Origin: Mytilus californianus
Taxonomy: Eukaryota
NCBI RefSeq assembly: GCF_021869535.1
Contig: NW_026262712.1
Location: 70,556,001-70,620,000 of the forward strand
Reading direction: 5' to 3'
DNA length: 64,000 nucleotides
This document shows, one piece after another, positions 1 through 11,176 of this stretch (its first letter is position 1; each line of letters begins with the position of its first letter). The notes beneath the pieces are model-generated. The model ran no database searches. It was not told where the DNA came from and worked only from the letters and a program-made list of their open reading frames with translations. Made by a program: the position numbers and the translations under genes.

Positions 1-1791
1 GAGTACACCCTCGATTAGATCTGAAATGGAAGGAAATCTTGAGTCGAATGTTACTGGTAAGTTTGTGATATTTTGTTTTTTAATTTCGGAGGTAACTTTT
101 TACTTGTGTTGTCTAATAAACATAAACAAATTAGCGGTTCCATGAATTTAAAGTGTTTTAATGGTGTGTATGCATATGAATAAGCGGATCGAGGAGAAAA
201 AGGGGGGTGGGGGTTACAGAAATGTTACCATTTTTAACAGTTTAACATACCGATACAAACGTCTTTTGCTAATGTCAAGACCAACTCACTGTATACTGGA
301 CAGTTTTTGCATAAAAAGGTGACTGATTCAGACTAGGTAGAGCTGTTAAGCTACGTTTCGCTTAAACTGTAAAAAGTCTCGTAACCGCTTCAGTACACGC
401 GGTATTCATATATATATATTGCAATTAAATAAGAAAAAAACATTTCAGAGGAAACTATTATAAGAAAAAAGCGAAGTGTCATTCAGGTGTCCGATCAAGA
501 GGCAATATCATTTCTGAAAAGTTATCAGATGTTCCCGTGCTCATGGGAGAAAATTGTCGATTACATGAGGAAAAATATCAAAACTTTACCAGAGGATACA
601 ACAGGCTTATACCAAAGGTCGACATACAAACAGCTCAAATTAAGATTGTCGGCAAAAATGGGGAAACTTCTTAAAACTCCTGAAGAATAAATTAGCAATT
701 TGGTTGTAAAGTAAGTACATAATGTATAAAGTCTATATATATATATGTGTGTGTGTGTGATGCATCAGTAATATGCTTCCTTTGCATGTCTATTATCATT
801 ATACATTCTAATCTTAAATCATGATTCCGCAATACAAAAACCATTTGGCAAAATGGAATCAAACATAGGTGGAGACATTGCATGGATTGTCCTTTGTAGC
901 AATTCCTTGATCAGTATTTGTCTTTGATTGTATAAGATTATTTATGTTCTTCCTATGAGAAACTATAACTGCCAGTGTGATCTTGCATGATAATTCATGT
1001 CATGGTTAGTGAATCAGGTTCAGCAGAATCTCTAGTTTAAATTTTGTGTCTGTCTTTTCATCTGTCCGTCCCATTTCGTTTCCGTTTAATATTTATAGCT
1101 ACAAGCGGATTACAATGCAGATTGATGTTTGCTAGGAATTTGTAGAGTTCGGGAGTAAAGATGTTAGTTATTTTGAAACATAAGCATAATCAAAAATTTG
1201 TGTTCTTTATTTTTTAGAGATGAACTAACTAAGATACGAAATCTGGAACAAAAGTTGGTCAAACTCATTGATGATGTCACCACTTCCGCTGCACAAAAAC
1301 ATGCAAAAACCCAGGCTGATTACATACGAGAGAATGTTATGTTAAAAATGTCATCCGGTGATGAACAACATATTAACAAACACAATTGTTCTACAGTGCA
1401 AGTAAACTCATCACAGATACCAGTATTGAAATTTTGTATTTGCGCCAGACGCTCGTTTCGTCTACAAAAAACTCATCAGTGATGCTCGAATCAAAAAAAG
1501 TTAAAAAGGCCAAGAAGAGGACGGGCCACAAATACGTTCTGCAGTGAAAGAGGATGGCGACCATTATAAACGTCCTGCAGTAGAAGAGGATCTAGAGGGA
1601 GTGCAACTACCTGACGAGCAGCAGCCCGGACCTAATGCGCCAAAGAAAAAGAAAGCGGAGCCCAACACAGCATCACTGATGCAGCTGGTAAAAAAAATCA
1701 GCTTAGCTATGAAAAATCATGGCGAAGAAAATCCCTAAAATACTAAAAGCCTTGTATTGGGAGTCAGCTCTTCATCCGAATCAGACAAATA
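1..1791 (+). pseudogene. Disrupted spliced gene, 5' end outside the window; possibly a Myb/SANT-like (trihelix) DNA-binding protein of the kind paired with PIF/Harbinger transposases
   Basis: Phase-compatible exons <1-56 (GTAAGT donor), 449-710 (TTTCAG acceptor, GTAAGT donor) and 1218 onward (TTTTAG acceptor) join into one frame: ...SWEKIVDYMRKN...YKQLKLRLSAKMGKLLK...DELTKIRNLEQKLVK...PKKKKAEP... In-frame stops at 688-690 and 1736-1738, and a repeat inserted at about 1403-1512. The family assignment is pattern-based only. Confidence 0.5.
1403..1512 (+). mobile_element. Fragment of an abundant non-autonomous interspersed repeat (family R3) inserted in the exon
   Basis: aaactcatca(c/t)agata...tgtatttgcg...gtttcgtctacaaaa..ctcatcagtga.gct...ggttaaaaaggcca also occurs at about 54397-54600; related sequence at 55330-55620. 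Confidence 0.7.
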
Positions 1792-3160
1792 AAAACAGTA
1801 TATAAAAATAGTATTAAATAGCTGATTTTCATTAAAAATCATTTCTCTCATTGTTTTCGTTTATTAAGCATGTAGCCACATTTTTCGAGACATTTTGTAT
1901 TTTGAGATGACCCACAGGTAAGTTACCTGTAATTATCATCGTCAAATTAAAAGTCATTGTACACTTTAAATTCCGAAAATGTCTTCTAACCGTATACTTA
2001 GATATGATTTCAAATATGCTTTTTATGAACATGGTAAAACAGTGAATTAAGGTTCAGTTTTTTTGGTTGCTTTATCTTCAGTCTTTTTTAATATTGTTTT
2101 TTTGCACTTCTTCAACATATATTTTCATTTCATATAAACCATTGTAATATATATGTGATTTGTATATGAGTACAACTAACAGCGAAATCACTACCTTGAT
2201 TCATGATATAGTAAAAACGATGAATTAATAGGTGATTTGTTGAATGTTTTTAAAATGCTGGTCCAGGAAGATTTGCAACGGCAAATGAGAAAAAGGGAGA
2301 GATAAAGATATTCATTATGAACAGTTCCTTGATTTATTGACTTGTTTACTTTGTAAAGTGTCATGTAATATCTGATAATAAGGTATATATTTTTTAACAA
2401 GACACAAAACCATTTATATTTTTGTAGTTCTAAATTTAAAAAAAAAATAATGAGGAATCTAACAACTTATAAGTTACTCATAAAAGGTACAAAATAAATA
2501 TATAGAAAATATTGCCAACAAACATGATATATCTGATTATATTGTGATATTATGTTGTGTTTTGTGTACAGTTATTTTTTTTCTAATTTTGTCATGACGT
2601 AGTTAGTTTATTTTCTACTATGAGTTTGAATGTCCCTTTGGTATCTTTTAACGAACACCGCGAACCTTTAAGATCTGTTACATAAAATGAGGTCAAAGAT
2701 ATCAAGAGGACATACAACATTACTAATAAGTCAAATGAAAACTGGCGATCCCATTAATAAATACGAAAAAAGACGAAAAAAATCCACCACTGCATTGAAA
2801 ACAACGACTGAGCAACAATATACTCACCAAAAAACCTGATTGCAGGGGGTCCGGAATGGTAACAGAGTCTGCTCCACATGTAGCACTCGTTTACTACTCC
2901 AATATAAATACTGATCAGTTATATCCAGTGATAAGACATCACGTAATTGATGATTGGTAATGATTTCTTACATATTCCTAAGACATCACAATTAGTCATG
3001 TAGATTTGGTAACCCAAAAAAACATGACCAAATGTAAACATTATATTTTCAGTGTTTGTTTACTTGTTTTGTTAATATTTCTTTTTGATAGAGTTAAGCC
3101 AATTCAATTGATATTTTATAGTGTGTCTTTCTATGTTGTAATTTTATACTACTGCTTCAG

Positions 3161-3359
3161 GCCATATATATATGTGTGTCCTGAATCGAGTTTGGTTGGG
3201 TCCAATTCGAATGGCAGATATTGTCAAGTTGGAAACAAAATGTACAAGGGAAACAGTCTGTTTGACTATATAAATGATTGTAAACGTTTTACCGACTGTT
3301 ACTGCAAATGTGATGGAAGTTGGAATTGTCCAGATAGCAAGATGCGAAAATTTTGCTGA
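3161..3359 (+). CDS. Candidate terminal exon of a small eight-cysteine secreted peptide (VWC/FN1-like spacing), product unknown
   Basis: Follows a pyrimidine tract ending in TTCAG (3156-3160). Encodes PYIYVCPESSLVGSNSNGRYCQVGNKMYKGNSLFDYINDCKRFTDCYCKCDGSWNCPDSKMRKFC*, with ATTAAA about 55 nt after the stop. The upstream exon was not identified. The longer ORF 3006-3359 has a hydrophobic N-terminus that may be intron read-through. Confidence 0.5.
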
Positions 3360-3897
3360 AAACTTATGTTTTGTCATTTAATCGCATTTGAGTCAACGTT
3401 ATTATAATATTGATTAAAGGCTGATTCTGAAAGTTTCTTTGTTATGCAACTTATTTCAAATCGTTGAACACTTTATACAAAGTTATTAAAATATCGCTGC
3501 TAGTAGACAATCAGTCCCCGAGGATCTCATCGGCTCAGTACTTCAGTACTGACATGATTTATAATAAACCTTTCTTTAATTGTCTGTTTAAAAATTTTGA
3601 GTTTATTCAGTATCTAAGGTTTCAAACCCCTCAGGCATAGTTGATTTTAAGATAGATTTAGCTATTTTCTAAGGTCCTTATTGGTCATATAGCTCCTCAG
3701 CTGGTTCTTATACACCCTTGGGTCTCAAATATTCGGCTTTGAGCTTTCCTGAAGAAGGCAAATCCAGAAAAGCTTTTCGAACGCATGCAATGCATAAAGT
3801 GTTGTTGTCATTTTTTAATAACAGTCAATTTTGTCTTTCTTTTCTTTTTTTTTTCTTTTTTCTTTTGTTTTCTCGCAGTGAATAATTGTTACGTGTT

Positions 3898-4040
3898 AAA
3901 GAGAGGCAAAAGATACCGAAGGGACATTCAAATTCATAAATCGAAAATAAGCTAACAACGCAAGTGCAAAAAAAGGGGCCAAAAGACAAACAACAGCATA
4001 CAAAACACAACATAGAAAACTAAAGATTGAGCAACACGAA
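3898..4040 (+). mobile_element. Interspersed repeat family R1 (aaagagggacgaaagatacc... head)
   Basis: Same head and body at 5466-5745, 24911-24950 and 59158-59376; reverse fragment at about 2565-2650. Confidence 0.7.
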
Positions 4041-4086
4041 TTAATTAACACTTTAATTTATTTACAGCATGTTGATTTGGATATGT

Positions 4087-5198
4087 AGGTAAAGGTAGTA
4101 TCTTTTGCTAGCTTGCTTGCTAGCTGAACCATGAAATCATCATAAGATAAGATACTACTTTCGGGTGGGCGGAGTCAATAGTTAAGAAGGGAACCAATCT
4201 AAAGTAAGAACAGTATATAACATTGTGAAACCAGTTTGTTACAAAAATATATTTTCAGGTCGTAGGTGTGTTTGATTTGTCAATTTCATTTCAATCAATT
4301 ACATCTGTTCATTGATAATTATATTGTTACATGAGTAATTATAACATAATAATTACATTACATGTATGTTTCATTATAATACGTTATTTTGATTGGCTAA
4401 CAGCAATCTCCCGTCATTCTGAAATTAACATTCATTTCAAAATAAAATGTAACATTCATGATGACAAGAGCTTCCACAATAAAGTGCACAGGTAAATAAA
4501 AGAAAAACATGGTAGAAATCGTGTTTTCATGATCCTAGCAAAAGAATGTAATTATAAGTATTGAATGCTTCTTTTAGTAATTTTATAGAGTTGTAAAAGC
4601 GTTGGCCGTGCGCACATTTTTAGAATGAAGCGCTTCATACAAAATGTACTCGATCGGTCAACGCTTTTACACCCCAATAAATTTACAAAAAGAAGCAATC
4701 AATTCTTAAATGATTTAATCGATTTAAAAAAAAAATTTCATATCCTTTATAAATTTTCGTGTATTTTTATTTATATAACAAGGATATCATTATCTTTGAT
4801 TTTGATGTGTATTTTTTGTTTGGGGTGGGGTAGTGCTACAGAAGGTGTAAAAATAAACTTAGTTGGGTCAAATCTTTGAGATGTTAGCATGCTATTGTAA
4901 AACTTGTACTACATTGTTTTGATTAAAATGAATTTGACAGACCAAACACACCTACGACATGCTTGTGAATTAACTCATAATTGACACTATATCTTAAATT
5001 TAGATTGAAAACATATTTCTAAACAGTTTCGCAGTTAAAATGATTTCACAATGTTTATGCACTGTCCTAACTTTTGATTGGATCTCTACTGAACTATAAT
5101 AATTGACTCCGCCCAAAGGAAGGTAGTACCTTAGCTAATAATGATTTCATGGTTCAGCTAGCAAGCAAGTTTACCAAAGATATTAATTACCTTTACCT
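4087..5198. mobile_element. Non-autonomous TIR element of about 1.1 kb with imperfect terminal inverted repeats of about 150 bp
   Basis: 4087-4238 (aggtaaaggtag...cttgcttgctagctgaaccatgaaatcat...gggcggagtcaat...aacattgtgaaa) matches the reverse complement of about 5043-5198. No internal ORF; no TSD recognised. Confidence 0.8.
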
Positions 5199-5465
5199 TC
5201 ACACTCACGTCATTGTGCTGCAGCTGTAACTTATTATTAGGGGATTGCCGTATCCTTCACTTTTGCTTTTTAAAGTTTATGCGTTTTAACTAAAGAACTG
5301 ATAATTACAAATCGATTTATCGTGACTTTCTGATAAAAGTATACCCCGACCGAAAATTTAAATCCACGAGTTTATCTAGCAATAGAAGCATCATCATGAT
5401 CATGAAACCAGAAAACCACAGCTTTTACGATTGACCAAATTATTGTATTTCTTAAATTGTGTTCA

Positions 5466-5745
5466 AAAGGAGAGGCGAAAGATACCAAAGGGACATTCAA
5501 CTTTATTATACACAAAAGCTGTTCATGTTTGTTAATTTGATATCAAATCGATATTTATATATTTAAAAAAGAGGCGAAAGTTACCAAATATAAAAAGGGG
5601 AAAACAATAAAAAGACATACAAAAGTATACCACTCACAACAGAGAATACTTAAGACTGACGAACCCCACCAAAAACCAAGGGTTGATCGTAGGAGCTTCA
5701 TATGAGAAAGCAGGCCCTGTTTCATAGTTTGCACTCGTCAAGTTG
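5466..5745 (+). mobile_element. Interspersed repeat family R1, degenerate copy
   Basis: Head gagaggcgaaagatacc appears twice; tail acgaaccccaccaaaaac...gcaggccctg...gcactcg resembles 59158-59376. Confidence 0.6.
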
Positions 5746-6159
5746 TGATTGAAAATAATGATTTTTAACTTTAAGACTTTAATTTAAGGCAAATCAAGTT
5801 TTTTGGAAAAAATATACAACATCCATTGAATTTGAATCTGAAGCATTGTTGCCAAGCTTGAATTTAAATATCAACTTTCAAAGTAAAGAATGTAGTAATA
5901 AATTGAATAATTTAGACTGCGATTTTACTATTTGTGAAGTTATATTGCATTAACAATTTATAAATGTTTGTGACATACAGTTTGTGACTGTGAAAGCCTT
6001 CATTATGACATTGACATAAAATGTTTACAAATCTACAGCATTTTGTAAACAATGATTGCATACCTATGAATCTTGCGTGAGATCACTAGTAATATTGACA
6101 CACTTCCAGTGATAACAGAGATCACAACAGTCACAATGAAAATAGAATGAACAACTACC

Positions 6160-6615
6160 CGGCCACGTCCACTCTGTGTTTTTGTTAGATGTATTTCTAT
6201 TTGTATCCATCTGATGAGTTAAGCCTTTTTCAACTGATTTTTTATAGTTCGTTCTTATGTTGTACTGTTACACCACTGTCCCAGGTTAGGGGGAAGGTCG
6301 GGATCCCGCTAACATGCTTAACCCCGCCACATTCTGTATGTATGTGCCTGTCCCAAGTCAGAAGCCTGTAATTCAGTGGTTGTCGTTTGTTGCTGTGTTA
6401 CATAATTTTTTTTCGTTCATTTTTTTTGTACATAAATTAGGCCGTTAGTTTTCTCGTTTGAATTGTTTTACATTTTCGGTACCTTTTATAGCTGACTATG
6501 CGGTATGGGCTTTGCTCATTGTTGAAGGCCGTACGGTGACCTATAGTTGTTAATTTCGGTGTCAATTGGTCTCTTGTGAAGAATTGTCTCATTGGCAATC
6601 ATGCCACATCTTCTA
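6160..6615 (-). mobile_element. Interspersed repeat family R2 (aagaagatgtgg..attgccaatgagacaact head)
   Basis: Reverse complement of about 8682-9140 at high identity, including the cctgacttgggacagg hairpin and the cccctaacctgggacagtggtgtaacagtacaac segment. Confidence 0.85.
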
Positions 6616-6649
6616 TTTTGTATTGTCCTCATTTTTTACAATTTCCTCT

Positions 6650-7680
6650 GGTTCACAAGTAACAAAACATGAACAATGGATCTTCTAAAGAAAATACATA
6701 GTTTATCTTGTAGTTTGAGCCAAAAATAGGAGTCAAATTTTTTTTTTTCACAAAATGAACTTTAAGGTGACCATTCAAAAAATATGCCACTCTGCAAACT
6801 GTCACTGCCATTTCGGTTGGCACTTGAGTGTAATAACTGTGGGTTTTTTTCAGATGCAAATTTCCGTCATCCATTTCAAGGTAGTCAAGCTTTTTCCATC
6901 CTTCTGTGATGGAACAAACAAACAACACTCATCAACTTTGAGATTTCTGTGTTTTTTTTTATTCCAAAATTAAAAATAAATTTCTTGCAGTTACCTCATT
7001 GTTTTCCCATATTTTATTCATTCGAAAAATCAAATGGATTTATATTTCCCACAAGTTTTTGCAATCAGTGGTGAAGTTTTAACCTTTTTCATTTTAACAA
7101 TTTCTGGTCTTTTGTGTCCAACCTCATGTATAATTGATGCTGTTATTCGCCCTTTTCTCTGTTCCGTTCACGTTTACTACTTCTTTGACCTCTGGTTGAA
7201 ATTTCAATTAAAGCAGCTTCATCTGAAGATAATGAAAAACTTTCCTTTAAGCCAACATCATGATTTATAAATTAACTAAATTTATCAGCAGAAATGACAA
7301 GTGTACCAGAATACTTTATTTTGTTTTTATGAAGGAAATCCAGTGTACAATACTGGTTTAGGTCTCACACTGTACAGCGAATAATACAACTTCTCACCTT
7401 CTTCATTAGTAGATACCCTGTGATCTTTTCGTCTCGGATCAAATTTCAATTTGATATAGACATTGACATCTTTCTCTTCCCGTGACGCTGTAGTTACTCC
7501 TGTAACACATAGGTATTCAATGAATAGAACTCCAGAAAATTATCTTAGATTATATGCATTATAATGACATAGATGTATTCAATATTACTATATGGAGGCG
7601 TGTGTATAAACATCACTGCGGCAGCAACTCTAATTGATAATCAAATCATGGTGTTTTTTTTAGTGTGTGACAACTCATGT
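6650..7680 (-). pseudogene. Degenerate YqaJ-like (lambda-exonuclease fold, PD-(D/E)xK) gene remnant, probably transposon-borne, with a possible upstream SWIM-like trace
   Basis: Broken minus-strand frames give IEISTRGQ...RKGRITASIIHEV, KYGKxNEVTARNLF, HRNLKVDECCLFV, DYLEMDDGNLHLKKTHSYYTQV-TEMAVT-CRVAYF and FDSYFWLKLQDKLCIFFRRSI, in the canonical YqaJ order. The catalytic SPDG/EIKCP block appears deleted. There are several frameshifts and stops. Confidence 0.7.
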
Positions 7681-8499
7681 CCAGCTTCTTTTTACAGAAC
7701 CGTTTATAACTTTCTATATAGGTTATAAGGTTTGCTCATTTTCAAATATCGCAGTGACCTGTAACCACTCACACCAACTTCATTTGGTTTGTTGAGGATA
7801 GTTGTTTCGTGTGCAATTATGCCACATCTTCTTTTTTTATACACAACCATCTTCAAGTCAACATACTGTCCTAAACAAATTACATTTATGTTTTTACAAT
7901 ATATTTTTGTTTGTGAGTCAAGCTCTGAAATAGTAAATGTATAGAAACAGTACAAAAAAGGTTCATATCTATTACAGAAATAATCCGAGAACTGAATTCA
8001 CCAAATATTACCAAAATGGCAAAATACTTAGATATAAACCGTTGACAAGCGCTGAATTTAAGAGTGTTGATAGTGTTGTTTTATTTATATGGTATGGTTG
8101 TACGATTATTGATACTTTTAGAGTTATCTTTCTTTTGATGTGATATACAAAAATTTATAATTAAAAAGTTATATATTTGCATAGGACAAGCAAAAAAATT
8201 ATTATGCTGAAGTAAGCCTGGGTTCAGGATTTTTATCTTATTATCAATTATACTGTAATGTATGTATGTACATGTAGTTATAGTTGTGTTTATCTCTTAA
8301 TCCTGTTATAAATGTTAAAGAAATGTTTGTTAATACTATAGAAATATATGATTATGATATATGAAGATGGCTTTAACAATTACAAATGACCATAATGTTC
8401 CTGAAACTTTGGAGCGGTTATCACATCGTAAGCTCATATTTGATAGCCGACATGGTTTGACATCCTTCTTTGTTGATGAGTTCCACTGGTCCGGGTCAA

Positions 8500-8502
8500 C
8501 CC

Positions 8503-8533
<31 letters not shown>

Positions 8534-8535
8534 AA
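8500..8535. repeat. Homopolymer C24 directly followed by A12
   Basis: Read directly from the sequence; the length may be an assembly or sequencing artefact. Confidence 0.85.
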
Positions 8536-8681
8536 GAACAAGAAAGAAGGCTTTCGATACCTTTAAAACTTACAAAATAATATTATCAATTTTAGAGAAG
8601 GACAAAATAACATGGTTATAAAAAGGAAAGAAAAAAATTATGTTGTTCATTTTTTACCCTAATTTCCAATTTAATATAAAA

Positions 8682-9347
8682 AAAGAAGATGTGGTAGTAT
8701 TGTCAATGAGACAACTCTTCACAAGAGACCAAATGACACACAAATTAACAAATACAGTTCACCATACGGCCTTCAACAATGAGCAAAGCCCATACCGCAT
8801 AGCCAACTGTAAAAGGCCCCGAAATGACAAATATAAAACAATTCAAACGAGATGACTAACGGCCTAATTTATGTACACAAAAATGAACGAAAAACAAATA
8901 TGTGACACAGCAAAAAACGACAACCACTGAATCATAGGCTCCTGACTTGGGACAGGCACATACATACAGAATGTGGCGGGGTTAAACATGTTAGCGGGAT
9001 CCCAACCTTCCCCTAACCTGGGACAGTGGTGTAACAGTACAACATAAGAACGAACTATAAAAAATCAGTTGAAAAAGGCTTAACTCGTCAGATGGATACA
9101 AATAGAAATACATCTAACAATAACACAGAGTGGACGTGGCCGGGTACTTGTACATCCCAACAACAAAAAGACACTAAGTACAGATCTGAGAGTACTCACA
9201 GTTACTGACAGCTAGTTCAAAGCCAATGACAACTAATAAAAAAAAATCCTGTATCTAAGACTAAATTATCAATCATTACTCATCCAACATCCTATGGATT
9301 TAGTGTAAAGACGTCATAAACAGTCAGAGAAAACATGACCTTGTGCA
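8682..9347 (+). mobile_element. Interspersed repeat family R2, long copy
   Basis: Starts aagaagatgtggtagtattgtcaatgagacaactc. Matches 6160-6615(-), 53475-53945(-) and, at the head, 53955-54255(+). Confidence 0.85.
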
Positions 9348-10384
9348 ATCTCTTTCTGTTTTGATAACATTTTACCATATTAATCGAGCAGTATTTTTGA
9401 ACAGTAACGGTAATTAAAATCATAAGGACATGGGATCATATATTTGTTCCATATCATTTCATGCTAGCTTTTTTTTATTTTGTAATTTTTTGTATAAGTG
9501 ACCGCACACTAACATTTAATGGGAATGAAACTTGATTTGAAAATATTATAAAATTGGAAATATTATACGCAATAATTTGATAACATAAAAGATGTTAAAA
9601 TGTAATTCCTTAAACATAACGAAAACTTCAACAAAATGTGTATAAAATATACGCACACAACGCGTGCTTTGTTAGGTTAAGACCTTTCGTGTAGTTCTGA
9701 GATTAAAAAAAAATGAAGACCCTTTTGTCGAGTTCATCATCCATCAGTAATAAAATTGAAATAAGAAAAAGCAACACAAACTCCCAAAACATACCGGGGA
9801 CTGAACTCTAATGATCTGGAAAGGTATCTTCTTGCTCCACCAGTGACCGTGTTTCTCTCGTTAAATCAAATGAAGAGTGCATCTGTTACTGAATAGACCT
9901 ACCAAAACTAGATGTGTTAGTTCAAGATCTTTGATCGTTTTTGTTTTTATTCAAAACTATTGTGGACTCGAGACGATTGGGCTCGGCATTTTATATAGAC
10001 ATCTGTTTGTTGTCTACATATTTTCCCTTTTACTTGTCGTGTGTTTAATTTTGTCGTTGAGTTATTGACTCATTGACGTTAATTTTTTCAATTAGAGCAA
10101 ATGACATCTTCATATTTCATAGAACACGTCATGGATAGCCTAAGCTAGTACGTTGCATCTGTGTTCAAAACACGTGACCAACTATTACACATGCTAGATC
10201 GGATTTTTCTTCACAAAAGTTTAAACAAATGTCAGCTAGAAAAATAGGGAATGAAAAGAAGTGTATCCTGTCAAAAGAATTTAAACATTCAAGGAAGATG
10301 TTTTTTGTAAGAATGTATGCAAACTTCGGCAAACACATGGAATCTAATAATTACGAAAAATTTTTAGTTTTGACATTGCAAGTG

Positions 10385-11176
10385 AAAAATAAATGGGGAA
10401 TGTGTCCATGGAACACAGATGGTGCCCCCGCTTGCATATCATATACAGTTATAAAGGGACATAACTGAAGAACGGCAAAAGTGACGCTACCCAAATTTGT
10501 ATTTAATCTGAGTTTTGTGGTACATGTAATAAGTCTTGTGTATAAGTTTCATAACATTTGATTGAGACAAACTTAAGTTAGAGAACGGAAATGAAAAATT
10601 CAGCAATTTTTCCATTTGTAAAGGAGCATAACTCTAGAACAGTATAAGTAACACCACCAAAATTTAAACTTGATCTGTATTTTGTGGTAATAAACATTGC
10701 GTATAAGTTTCGTAACATTTGGTTGAGGCTAACTTAAGTTAGAGAACAGAAACGAAAAATTCTGTAATTTTTCCCATTTGTAAACAGACATAACTCTAGA
10801 ACGATTAAAGTGACACAACAAAAATTCAAACGTGATTTGTATTTTGTGGTAATAAGCATTGTGTATAATTTTCATAACATTTGGTTGAGGCAAACTAAAG
10901 TTAGGGAACAGAAACAAAAAATGCATCTATTTTTCCATTTGTAAAGGGGTATAACTCTAGAACCGTTAAAGTGACGCCACCAAAATTCAAACTTGATCTG
11001 TATTTTGTGCTAATAATCATTGTGTATAAGTTTCAAATTTGGTTGAGGCAAACAACTGATAGAGAACGAAAACAAACTTTGGGACGTACTGACGTACGGA
11101 CAGACGGACAGACGGACGTACATACGGACAAGGGTAAAACGTAATGCCCCCCTCCTCTACGGCGGGGTCATTAAAA
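10385..11176 (+). mobile_element. Helentron-associated (HINE/DINE-1/pearl-like) non-autonomous element with an internal tandem array of about 161-bp units
   Basis: 5' subterminal repeat tgcccccgc (10423-10431). About four tandem units, with the marker gtataagtttcataacatttg at about 10540, 10701, 10863 and 11024. GACG/GACA tetranucleotide microsatellite at about 11083-11128. 3' hairpin atgccccc...gcggggtcat (11144-11171), whose right arm is the inverse of the 5' repeat. Confidence 0.8.

Noticed and set aside
8500-8535. C24 tract as a functional G-quadruplex element
   Set aside because: It is a single homopolymer in repeat-derived DNA, of uncertain length and with no positional link to a gene.
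6160-9347. Inverted R2 copies bracketing the YqaJ remnant as a composite transposon
   Set aside because: R2 is abundant in this window, the copies differ in length, and no shared TSD flanks the pair; chance arrangement is sufficient.
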